The notes under the pieces: model-generated
The model's input: the letters and a program-made list of their open reading frames with translations, nothing else
Told to the model about the DNA's origin: nothing
The model's database searches: none
In this document: piece by piece, positions 1-9,710 of the stretch
Layout of the letters: each line of letters starts with the position of its first letter
How positions within the stretch are numbered: the first letter of the stretch is position 1
Translations under genes and position numbers: made by a program
Assembly: GCA_963825865.1 (NCBI GenBank)
Contig: CAWGVG010000058.1
Location: forward strand, 1 to 18,160
Length of the DNA stretch: 18,160 nucleotides
Direction: 5' to 3'
DNA from: an uncultured Nitrososphaeraceae archaeon
Lineage (GTDB): Archaea > Thermoproteota > Nitrososphaeria > Nitrososphaerales > Nitrososphaeraceae

Positions 1-394
1 AACTAGTATAGAATATTTACTTTTAGTGTCATTTTGTTTACACATATACATAATATCGAATATTATAATATTCAAAAGCATATTACAAAAGGATTTGAAA
101 ATTTGCAAGACTTGTAAATGAAAGTAATTTCTTTCTTGCTATTTTGATTTATCGCACATTTGTATGTATAGTCTATAGGTACTTTTTAGTATGATAGTGA
201 CACAATACTCTCTTTATTCCATCATTAGCACAGTATTATAGAATTATTTACAAGGTTACAGCCCCAAAATCATTTTCCTACCGAGAAGACGTGGACAAAT
301 CAATGCCATATTATCCAGCTAGGAATTTCATTATCAATTAACGAACGAACAAATTACTATGATTAAAATTGTGGAAGGATCCTAATTAAGAGAT

Positions 395-778
395 TTAATT
401 GTTCATCGACTTGGCGACAATTTCACCTGTTGCGCTATCTATATAGTAAGTATAATTATTTTTTTTAACTTCCCATGAAAAATAATTTGCTGTTGTTATT
501 GTTGTCTCCGTTTTACCAAGATATTTCCCAATCGAATTAGAATTTATATTAGACTCAAACAAGGATCCATCACCCTTAATGTAGACGTATCTTATTGAGA
601 AATCGTTTATATTATATCTGGTGAGGTTCTGTTTTTGCGCAACAATCGCAACTGCTGCTTCAGATGATAATGGTGCAGAAAATAAAGCCGGTATTTTTAA
701 AGAATTTTGTAATCCTAAGTATACTAAGACTGTCATAGCTATACCAATTGCAACTAAAACGACTATTTTCTTGTCCAT
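395..778 (-). CDS. Membrane-anchored hypothetical protein with a PepSY-like C-terminal motif
   Basis: 127-aa ORF. Basic N-terminus followed by a hydrophobic helix (MDKKIVVLVAIGIAMTVLVYLGL). The C-terminus WEVKKNNYTYYIDSATGEIV resembles the PepSY W.V...yIDa.TGei motif. Confidence 0.7.
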   Translation of the reverse strand: MDKKIVVLVAIGIAMTVLVYLGLQNSLKIPALFSAPLSSEAAVAIVAQKQNLTRYNINDFSIRYVYIKGDGSLFESNINSNSIGKYLGKTETTITTANYFSWEVKKNNYTYYIDSATGEIVAKSMNN

Positions 779-1420
779 CTTTATTATTTTATTATCGCGC
801 AGAGCAAAAACCCTTTACTTTATCTTTTATATATCTATCGACTCGTTTTGTCGTATATTGATAATAATGTTTGTTGGTTCGCAATAACATGTAAAAATAC
901 ATAGAATATAAACTTGTTGCAACTGCTAAAAAATAAATCGGCCAACAACTAAAGGTAAAGCGACTGAAAGTATGACATGTCAAACCTGTTGCGACGCATA
1001 TATTTACATTAAAAGTCAAATATAAAAGATTTCACCACGTAAATGATCCTAACTAACTATAGGTTAATAACCATGCTATTACTATCCGTGTATGTTAATA
1101 GATAATATAATAGTAAGGATGAGTAATTACATCAATAACAGGCCTCAGCCCGGCGGTTCGATGATCTATACACTTATGACTATTTACAGTCTAGTCCCAT
1201 CTTTAGATTACTGGATTTTGCTTCATTTTTTACCCATATAAACAAGTATCTTGCCAAATGGAATTTTTTTGGCAGTAGTTCACGCGACACAATAACATTG
1301 CAACAACCAGGTGACAAACGTGAATCTATTGGCTACATAGAAAGCTAATAAAAATTGAAGCAAAGAAATATAGAAGATATGCCCATATATGTTCATCAAC
1401 TCCATTTGCAAGTATTATTT

Positions 1421-1434
1421 GAAAACCTTATATT
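1421..1434 (+). promoter_or_regulatory. Putative BRE/TATA box of the P-II gene
   Basis: GAAAAC-CTTATATT lies about 24-30 nt upstream of the ATG at 1458, typical spacing for an archaeal leaderless transcript. Confidence 0.45.
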
Positions 1435-1457
1435 GTAAGATCCTTTTATAGCAAAAC

Positions 1458-1805
1458 ATGAAACGTGTAGAAGCTATTATCGGTAGCGAGAAGGTATTGG
1501 CTGCAAATGAAGCATTGAAGAAGGCAGGAGTGGGTGGATGTACTATTCTTGATGCAAAAGGTAGGGGCAAAGGAGAAAAACCGATCGTTGAAACCGACAG
1601 AGGAACCGGAAGATTTACCTCTGAATTTTCAGTCAGAGCCAATATTCTCCTAATAGTGGAAGACTCTGAAGTAGATAAGGTCATCAAGACGATAGTGGAC
1701 ACAGTAAGCACTGGCTCAGCAGGAGATGGCAAGATTTTCGTCTCTCCAATCATAGAAGCAGTGGATATAGGCACAAAGAAACGAGGAGAAGTAGCTATCG
1801 TTTAA
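1458..1805 (+). CDS. glnB: Nitrogen regulatory protein P-II family (GlnB/GlnK-like)
   Basis: 115 aa. MKRVEAII N-terminus, KGRG at the T-loop base, and the B-loop signature TGSAGDGKIFVSP. Confidence 0.93.
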   Translation: MKRVEAIIGSEKVLAANEALKKAGVGGCTILDAKGRGKGEKPIVETDRGTGRFTSEFSVRANILLIVEDSEVDKVIKTIVDTVSTGSAGDGKIFVSPIIEAVDIGTKKRGEVAIV

Positions 1806-1842
1806 AAAATTAAAAATAACGATAAGACTTATACATCCATTA

Positions 1843-3300
1843 TTATCTAAAGAATTTTTTCGTCTCTCCAAGAGTCAGCACTTCTGTTGCTGCGATCTTC
1901 GCAACTATAGGTAAATCACATACCACCTTCCCAATAGATAAGCAATGACGCTGGGGCAACGTTCTAACTATTGAACGGATAGTATCATTATCTGCTAATG
2001 ATACTTTTGATATTTTATCCAAGTCTGCCTCATTAATAAAATTGAACAAGAATATATTGTCTACTTGCCGGTAAATTCCATCGCCTATAGCATCTGGCTG
2101 GTTTGTGATAAATGTTGTATAGATTCCGAAATGTCTCATTCGTGTGATAATATCTTCCCAGTATGTGTCTCGAATATAGAGGTGGGCTTCCTCTGCAAAT
2201 AAGAAGATCGGAGGAATCATGAACTTCTCGAGCAAATCCACTAGTTTACTCAACACCAACTCTACAATCATTTTTCTTACGACCGGCGTTACTTTACCCA
2301 TATTAATTACCATTGCAGTGCCTTTGCACTTTTTTGAAATCACTTTTTCAAACCTTAATTCCTCATCATCATTACTCCTGTCTAAAAATAATCTAGACGA
2401 CTGGATTACATGGAATCTAGAAATAAGTGCATCCCGTACAAGCTCATTAATATTGCAAGTATTTATCGCGTTACCCAGAGCTCCAATACCCAGTATTTGT
2501 TTAATTTCAAGTGAGTCCCAGATTCTGAAGAATTCACGTAATGAAGCTGCTGGCATATCAAGTGCATTTTTGAGCATGCTAGAGATAGCAGCCTTGCCAC
2601 AGTAATCAAGGGAGAATTTCAATCCATTTCCTGGTTCAAGTACCATTATCTGATCGGCTATTGAAGACGGAGAGCCATCCTGGTTCCATGCCAGTCCCCC
2701 ATATTCATTATTCAGATCAAATACAACGACGAATGCTCCATGTTGTACTAACGTTTTAACAAGCACCTTGGAAAGGTGTGACTTACCAGATTCTTTTTTT
2801 CCAGTAATAATATTTAACTTGCCATCGAGGTCCTCAGCATAGATTTCAAAATCTTCATTATCTCCTCCGGCCTTTCCAATAGGAATAGGAAAAACCCCCC
2901 TCCTTCCTAGAAACAAACCTAATTCCGAAATCTTCAAACGCCTTACTTTAGAATATACTCGAGATGGAAGCCATGTAACATCGCTTGATAATTTATCTGA
3001 CAAATCTATGGCTGCTCTTATTTTAGTTCGAAACAGTCTCGCATCTCTGAGCATCCTTGATAAACTTCCAATGTCGAGAGGATCGTGTAGATTTTCTGTA
3101 CTTGATGCGGTTACCACCTCATCTTTTACAATATCTTCAATCAAAGATTGGGAAGAAAGATATTCTTCATCATATATCTGAACAATCATCTTTCTATTTG
3201 ATTTTTCATCTTCAATTAACAAATAATCACCCTTACCAGCTGTATCTGTTATCATTGCCAACATGACAATTTCATTACCATTTTTTGATAAGATCTTCAT
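1843..3300 (-). CDS. herA: HerA/FtsK-superfamily ATPase (DUF87), HerA-like DNA translocase
   Basis: Intact 485-aa ORF. N-terminal HAS-barrel-like region (GDYLLIED..MIVQI), Walker A GKKESGKS, VVVFDLNNEY, Walker B IFLFAEEAH, RMRHFG..FITNQP. The start overlaps the nurA stop (ATGA). Confidence 0.88.
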   Translation of the reverse strand: MKILSKNGNEIVMLAMITDTAGKGDYLLIEDEKSNRKMIVQIYDEEYLSSQSLIEDIVKDEVVTASSTENLHDPLDIGSLSRMLRDARLFRTKIRAAIDLSDKLSSDVTWLPSRVYSKVRRLKISELGLFLGRRGVFPIPIGKAGGDNEDFEIYAEDLDGKLNIITGKKESGKSHLSKVLVKTLVQHGAFVVVFDLNNEYGGLAWNQDGSPSSIADQIMVLEPGNGLKFSLDYCGKAAISSMLKNALDMPAASLREFFRIWDSLEIKQILGIGALGNAINTCNINELVRDALISRFHVIQSSRLFLDRSNDDEELRFEKVISKKCKGTAMVINMGKVTPVVRKMIVELVLSKLVDLLEKFMIPPIFLFAEEAHLYIRDTYWEDIITRMRHFGIYTTFITNQPDAIGDGIYRQVDNIFLFNFINEADLDKISKVSLADNDTIRSIVRTLPQRHCLSIGKVVCDLPIVAKIAATEVLTLGETKKFFR

Positions 3301-4333
3301 ACCGTGATTGAACCAAGTAAAGTTCTACGAATATCTTCAGATGCAATCTCTGTCACATTATAGTTGCTTAATACATATCCTCTAAGGCAGGATACCTCAG
3401 TGTGAGTAAAAGTCGAAATGTGATGCGCAAGTCGCAATGTTTCTGGATATCCTGCTGCCTATTGAGTCATTTCCAAGTAATTTTCCAAGTGACTCATCTT
3501 TATCACCATTAACAGTAACAACATCTACACGCAATATATGACTATTATTATTTCCAAACTTTACAAGAAGGTTGTTGCCTATACTGTTTCGAATCAGGCT
3601 TTTGATAATCAACTCAACATCCATATATGCAGGTCCACGGACCTTTGTAAGGGGATTTGAAACTCTGTCAAGAATTTTGAGTCTAGTATTCTTGCTGATT
3701 CCAATGATAGAGTTTTTGTAAAGAGAACAATTCTCTAACACATTTTTAATACCCTGATTTTTGTCCTCAAACACAGATGACTTCAAGGACCCATCGACTA
3801 GGATTATAGATTTCTTAAATTGCTTTGAAAGTTCCATCTGAATTGCTCTCTCAACTCTGACTCTGATCAATCGTTTTGCCGAATCACTGTCTAACAAGAC
3901 AAGCTTTGCTAGTCTATGTTCAAGTTCAGAACTTCTAATAGTTTCATTGCTCAAGTAAAACAACACAGGTCCAATTTTGAAATGCATTAGCGCCTGACCG
4001 CTAATAGCTATTGCAATTCCGCTTTTTACGGCATAAAGAGAACCCTCTTCCGTTTCCCCGATTTGGATGCTGCTGAGAATCGATCGCAGATACAATTGTA
4101 TTATCTTGAATCGGCTGAATAGTTGTTATTGTTGTTGTACAATAAGGATCGGACTTGATGCCCCAGCCTTCAACTGGAATAAGACTTCTCTCATCCATAC
4201 TAAAAATGATCTTTTTGCCATTAAGCGCATCGCTTAATCTTGATGACAGACATTGATCCAGTGACTGGTTAAAAATATGTCCAAACTCATTGAAGTCAAT
4301 ACCACAGGAAGGAAGATTTAATTGCGTGGCCAT
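3297..4333 (-). CDS. nurA: NurA-family 5'-3' nuclease (rebuilt across two +1 indels at about 4075 and 3459)
   Basis: Joining frames gives ..VSAIDSSSIQIGETEEG..IILVDGSL..NDSIAAGYPETLRLAHHISTF..LLGSITV*, which contains the NurA AIDxS, DGSL and GYPxxLxxAH motifs. The stop at 3297-3299 overlaps the herA ATG. Start 4333 is preferred from TATA spacing; 4360 is the alternative. Confidence 0.85.
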
Positions 4334-4402
4334 GTTGCTCAACAATATAATACCAGGCATATTTATTAATGTTGTGCAACATGGACAATATATTCAGCAA
4401 CA
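4333..4402. promoter_or_regulatory. Divergent promoter with TGTTG-N2-CAACA palindromes flanking a TATA box
   Basis: TGTTG-CT-CAACA at 4333-4344, ATGTTG-TG-CAACAT at 4369-4382, and degenerate TATTC-AG-CAACA at 4391-4402. Minus-strand TTAATAAAT at 4361-4369 lies about 28 nt upstream of the nurA ATG at 4333. Confidence 0.6.
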
Positions 4403-4444
4403 AGTTTATGTGAAAGCAAATTGTCAATGTTGTATGTCCCTCCT

Positions 4445-4963
4445 ATGACCGAACGGATTCCAACTTCACCCATTGAAGTTAAGATTAAATTAAAACATCG
4501 GGACTGGGAGGTTGAAATAACCTGTCTGGAGAGTAAAATTAAACAAGTAGTAGAACATGTTCTTTCTAGTATTGATACTTCCACTACCAACGATCCAAGT
4601 TGGAATGCTCAGATTACTGAATTGAAAAAAGAGATAGAGTCTCTGAAATTACGAATTAATTCAGGCGATATCAGCCAAACACCGACAATAAATGCCATAG
4701 AATTACAACGCAAAGAGATAACAAAGGGAGGAATGACATGTAGAGGTATACTTGAAACGTTATGGTATGAAGGATATTTTGGAACAGATAAACTATTGGG
4801 AGAGGTTCATGAAGAGATATCAAGACGTGGTTACAATTATGACAGAACAGCGGTATCGCATTCACTTACAGATATGGTACGAGAAAGTATTCTAAGCAGA
4901 ATTGGAACCATGAGAAATTATCGATATATTCAGAAGAGACCACCATCTGAATCGCCACTATAA
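4445..4963 (+). CDS. Hypothetical protein: N-terminal beta-beta-alpha module, coiled coil, C-terminal winged HTH
   Basis: ORF 4421-4963, with the ATG at 4445 or 4427 the likely start. Coiled coil QITELKKEIESLKLRI. wHTH-like LWYEGYF..KLLGEVHEEISRRGY..TAVSHSLTDMVRESILSRIG..YRY. Confidence 0.78.
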   Translation: MTERIPTSPIEVKIKLKHRDWEVEITCLESKIKQVVEHVLSSIDTSTTNDPSWNAQITELKKEIESLKLRINSGDISQTPTINAIELQRKEITKGGMTCRGILETLWYEGYFGTDKLLGEVHEEISRRGYNYDRTAVSHSLTDMVRESILSRIGTMRNYRYIQKRPPSESPL

Positions 4964-5566
4964 CGATGATTGTAGTGAGGTTGTTTTTGCTCTTTTAGAT
5001 AGAGTAGATCCTAACCAGTGAATACCTAATGTAGTAATCCTATAAACGACAGCAGAGTCATCCTTTGTATTATCTCTTGCTACATATCCTGCCTTTACCA
5101 ATTCAGACAGCCTCGAACTAACAGATTTTGATTTGATCGTCATTGCAGATTGGATTTTAGATGCTTGCATTGCATCATCTGAAATTTTGCCAATATCCTT
5201 TGCAATTTTTGATGCTATCAGCTGGAGGGCAACCATCTCTTTATCAGATAATTTTTTCATTCCTGATTCTTCATCTAACACAGGAATTACTCTAGGACCT
5301 TCTGGAGTAATTTTGATTAGATTTGAATATGTTTCTATAAGCTCAGTCGCAGCATAATTTAATGAGATTTTCTTTGCCAGGTCAATCGTTGGAAGCTGTT
5401 TTGTTAGAAAGGTTATGACAGATGTCATGACTGATTGTGCAGAGCCATTGAACTGTACTTTTATATCTCCAATAGTTATCGATACATTAACATTTTCATT
5501 ATTATTATTAATAGTATTACTGTAGTTATAGTGATTATTATTTTTATTTTCAGACATCTTTATCAT
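4958..5566 (-). CDS. Putative transcriptional regulator with a C-terminal winged HTH
   Basis: 202-aa ORF (alternative start 5557). Asn-rich N-terminus, then VNVSITIGDIKVQFNG, and a classic wHTH KSVSSRLSELVKAGYV...YRITTLG. Confidence 0.82.
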   Translation of the reverse strand: MIKMSENKNNNHYNYSNTINNNNENVNVSITIGDIKVQFNGSAQSVMTSVITFLTKQLPTIDLAKKISLNYAATELIETYSNLIKITPEGPRVIPVLDEESGMKKLSDKEMVALQLIASKIAKDIGKISDDAMQASKIQSAMTIKSKSVSSRLSELVKAGYVARDNTKDDSAVVYRITTLGIHWLGSTLSKRAKTTSLQSSL

Positions 5567-6190
5567 CTACTACGATGAAAGTATTTTGGATATTATCAAT
5601 ACTTTCTTCCTCCGATAGCAAGTGTAGTTGCAAAGTATATACATATTCTTCTTTTAAAAATAATGGTGTAGATATAACGCATAGATATAGCATATATATA
5701 GAAGGAATTCGCTGAATAGACTCAACTTTTTCATCGCAATCATCCATAATCGCGGATCTCGAAAGGACAGTACGTCTACACATAACCATAATCTTTAACA
5801 AATCCGTTATATCAGTATAGTTTATTGCATTGTATAAATTACTTATGAAAAGAATATTCATTTATAATGATTAATACAAACAAGATGCAAGAAATTTAAG
5901 GTTCCTATTGGAGAAGACTTTTTCTAAGATACTGATTTCCTCATAGTGCATAGCAGCAAATGTTTAATAATGATGTCGTTTACACTTGCGGCCATTACTA
6001 CCTTACGAGATTTACGATAATATAAAATATCGAAATTACAGTTATAGAATCAGGTATTGAAAGATGATAGCATTTATCACTAAGATTAAGCGGCTACAAA
6101 TAAGAGCATAATCTCGATCTATAAATATTTCATTTCCTTTTATAAAACCATAAATACATAGACATAATAAAATTATTATTCTGTATATTT

Positions 6191-7257
6191 ATGATGTCAG
6201 AAATTAAATCTTCTATTTCTGAAAAATTACATAGCTACTATCATTATATGAATTCTATTGTTGTAATGCCCGATTTCTTTGTTGATCGTATTATAAAATT
6301 AAAATCAAAAGAGGAATTCTTTCATACCTTAACTGAAAAAACTAAGTTTGGCGCGGCAGTGTACAGTGGCATCCCCACTGTCGATGTCAAAGGAGGAAAT
6401 GCAGTAAATGTTGCATATTGCCTTGCTAAACTGGGAGTAAAAGTTACGCTGTTTACGATTTCGGATGAAACTGGATCAGCCATGCTTAGATATATATTTT
6501 CGAGGTTTGGAGATAAAGTAAATCTTCGAATTAAAAATGGAAAGCATGGCCTTACGACGGCATTTGAATTTCTAAATGAAAAAGGTTTTAAAGCAAATGT
6601 AATGGTAAGTGACGTTGGAGATAATATAAATTTTGGTCCTGATAGGATTAATTCAGATGAGGACCTAAAAATTTTGAAAAATGCCGATGGAGTAATAGTT
6701 GTCAACTGGGCCAGCAACTTAAAGGGAACACAATTAGCAGAATATGCCTACAGAAATTCACCAAAAGCTCTTCACTTCATTGACCCTGCAGACATTGATA
6801 CCAGAAAGCAAGAATTTCGAGACTCATTAGCAAAGATTGCAGATATTATTGATATTTTGAGTATAAACGAAAATGAGTGTAACTCTCTAGCCGGCTGCGG
6901 GCTTTGATTCCCTTATACCATCAAATAATTATAGTATAGAGGATGTGAGAAACACGAGCAAAGATACTCGCAGATAAAATTGGAATCAGTATTGATTTGC
7001 ACACGAGAGTAGGTGCCGCATGGTCAAATGGTAGAGAGACTGCAATTGCTCATGCAATCCAAGCTGAAGCAACGACCTTGACTGGGGCTGGTGATTCTTG
7101 GGACGCTGCGGATATTATCGGCTATCTGGCGGGGTTTGATACTAGAGAAAGATTAATATTCTCTAATGTATGTGCCTCACTTTACATTAGAAATCCATAT
7201 ACAGAACCAGTATCTGTAAATAATGCTTTTGAATTATTAGAAAGAATTGATGTATAG
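6191..7257 (+). CDS. PfkB/ribokinase-family carbohydrate kinase (rebuilt across indels at about 6893 and 6957)
   Basis: GGNAVNVAYCLAKLG N-terminal signature, FIDP, SINENE, and the C-terminal TGAGD anion-hole motif. The bridging frame reads AAGFDSLIPSNNYSIEDVRN..AKILADKIGISIDLHT. A probable compensating indel pair at about 6352/6364 would restore FGGGSVRGI. Confidence 0.87.
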
Positions 7258-7322
7258 GATGGATATACAGATGATTTTTTATTTCGGCATATAAATACTC
7301 ATATAATACGGTAAACATAGGG

Positions 7323-7566
7323 GTTGATTTCGGGATTGATGAGATCGATAACTATCAACTTTGTGGTTAAATCCTTTATAGATTACCAGAATGCACAGAT
7401 AAGATACTAATTGGTGCAATGGAAGGAAGGAGATGTGATAAAGAGAGAGATTGGTATAGAAACAGAAGAGGAGGAATCTCCCCAGTCTGCAGACAAATTC
7501 AACAAACTCAAAGTAAGAAAGGACCAAGTTCCAATAAGACCACTGACTGAAGGAATATTAGAATGA
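7323..7566 (+). CDS. Small hypothetical protein, fragmented by indels
   Basis: Open frame 7411-7566 reads LVQWKEGDVIKREIGIETEEEESPQSADKFNKLKVRKDQVPIRPLTEGILE*. Protein-like pieces upstream in other frames read DFGIDEID, STLWLNP and RLPECTDKIL. The start is uncertain. Confidence 0.5.
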
Positions 7567-8171
7567 CATATGTTACTAACCATTAGTATCGTAATAATAT
7601 CGAAAATAAATTTAGGATGTTTTATCAAAAAAACCAGTTTCAATAGATTATTTGATTAAAAGGCTAAGGGCAGAGATAGATTAGTAGTAGGTCGAATCCA
7701 TTATTCTTATGAGAAGTGGTGAACATACGGTGAAAAGAAAAACAGCCCTCATAGCCATTTTAGAATATTCAAGTGAATAACGAAGATGAGTCCTACTAAT
7801 TTAAGAGGTCGAGAGCCGCACGATTCATAATAAAAGAGGTTTGGCAGATCAGTTAATACAGATCAGATAATAAAACACAAGATGTAGTAGGTGTGTCGTT
7901 CCTAAAATACCGACTAATGAGGATAAGAAAACTGACTAAGAATAAGATTTATGTTCTTATCCGTTATCTTTTATTTTTATATATCAAGTTTAAGATTAGG
8001 TTTGGGTGGTATTAAGCGAAGGGCAGAGAATATATACTAATCTTTGCATTGATTGAGACTATAACTGACTAAGACCTTCATATTTATCTATAGTGGAATT
8101 TATCTTTTGTTTAATTACATTTATAATTACATTCTCTACATAGTGTGTTTTTGTAGATAGTCAATACTAAT

Positions 8172-9705
8172 TTATTGAGGCTCTATGGTTGCAGGAGGTT
8201 TGCTTGAAACTGCATATGTGACCCATGTCACATCATCGATCTCATTGGTAATTCTATTGCTTATCTTTTCAATTAATTCATAAGGCAATCGAGTCCAGTC
8301 TGCGGTCATTGCATCAAGTGATTCTACGACTCTAATTATGACAACGTGACCATAAACCCGCTCGTCTCCCAGAACTCCTACTGCCCTGTCATTCCCTACT
8401 GCAGCATATGCCTGCCAGACTTTATCATATAATCCAGCCGGCAGTCAACTCGTCTTCTACTATCTTACTTGCATGTCTAACAATACGTATCTTTTCATCG
8501 GTCACTTCTCCGATAATTCTGACTGCTAAACCAGGACCAGGATAAGGATGTCTTTTTAAGAATTCAGCGGGAATGCAGAGTAATTTTGCAACCTTTCTAA
8601 CCTCGTCTTTATACAAGCTACTTAATGGTTCTATTACTTTTAAATTAAGCCATTTTGGAAGACCACCAACATTATGATGTGTTTTAATAACTACTGCCGG
8701 TCCTTTTGAAACTCCACTTTCAATCACATCAGGATAAAGTGTTCCTTGTGCCAGCCACTGGAAAGGTCCATTTTTTTTTGAAATGTCAACGAATACATTT
8801 GCAAATTCTTCACCTATTATCTTGCGTTTCCTTTCTGGATCATCGACTCCTTTTAATCTTTGAAGAAATTGTTGGCTCGCGTCAATATAAATCACTTTGA
8901 TCCCAAGTTGACGTTTGAAAAGATCGACAACTAATGTTTCTTCGTCTTCTCTTAACAAGCCATGATTAACAAACACACATCGTAAATTGTCTCCTATTGC
9001 TCTGTGCAATAATGCTGCAAGAGTCGTAGAATCAATTCCTCCACTTACTGCACAAAGTACTCTATCGTTTTCAATGACGCTTCGAATGTCTTTAATGGTC
9101 TGTTCTATAAAACTTTCCATATTCCAATCAGGTTTTGCTCTGCTTATATTTTGGGAAAAATTCATCAAAATCTCAGTTCCTTTCTGTGTATGAGCTACTT
9201 CTGGATGAAATTGAATTCCGTAAAATTTCTTTTTCCGGTTTCCAATGGCAGCCGAGGATGAATTTCTTGTATGGGCTAATATTTTAAATCCTTCAGGTAG
9301 CTTCTCTGCAGTATCACCATGGCTCATCCAACATTTTATTTTGTTATCCATACTACTAAATAGATCAGATTTGTCATCAATAACGAGGTCAGCACGACCA
9401 TATTCTCTACCAATTGTTTTTTTGATCTTACCTCCAAAATTATCTATTATTATCTGATGTCCATAACAAATTCCTAAGATTGGAAATCCCAGTTGAAACA
9501 CTTTTTTATCAGGTTTCGGTGAATGCTTTGAATAAACACTTGCAGGGCCGCCTGAGAAAATTACTCCCTTTGGCTTAATTTCTTGGAGCACTTTGGCCGG
9601 TGTATTATATGGTAAAAGTTCACAATATACATTTGCTTCACGTATTCTTCTGCATATTAAGTGACTATACTGAGAGCCAAAATCCAGGACCACTATCGTG
9701 TCCAT
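8172..9705 (-). CDS. guaA: GMP synthase (glutamine-hydrolysing), fused GATase and ATP-pyrophosphatase; one +1 indel at about 8440
   Basis: MDTIVVLDFGSQY start, GICYG catalytic Cys, QFHPEV, SGGIDS PP-loop, IKTHHNVGGLP, HPYPGPGL. The shifted frame continues GLYDKVWQAYAA..DAMTADW..SSKPPATIEPQ*. Confidence 0.96.
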
Positions 9706-9710
9706 GTTAT

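Noticed and set aside
1252-1274. TGCCAAA/TTTGGCA hairpin
   Set aside because: A short, isolated 7-bp stem not positioned at a gene end, compatible with chance.
5550-5861. 103-aa minus-strand ORF upstream of the wHTH gene
   Set aside because: No recognisable motif and atypical composition. It probably spans promoter DNA, though a remnant cannot be excluded.
7914-7966. Hammerhead-ribozyme-like layout (CTAATGAG-stem-CGTTA; also GATGAGTCCT..AGGTCGAGA near 7785)
   Set aside because: The catalytic core deviates from CUGANGA/GAAA at essential positions, and I found no stems I and III.
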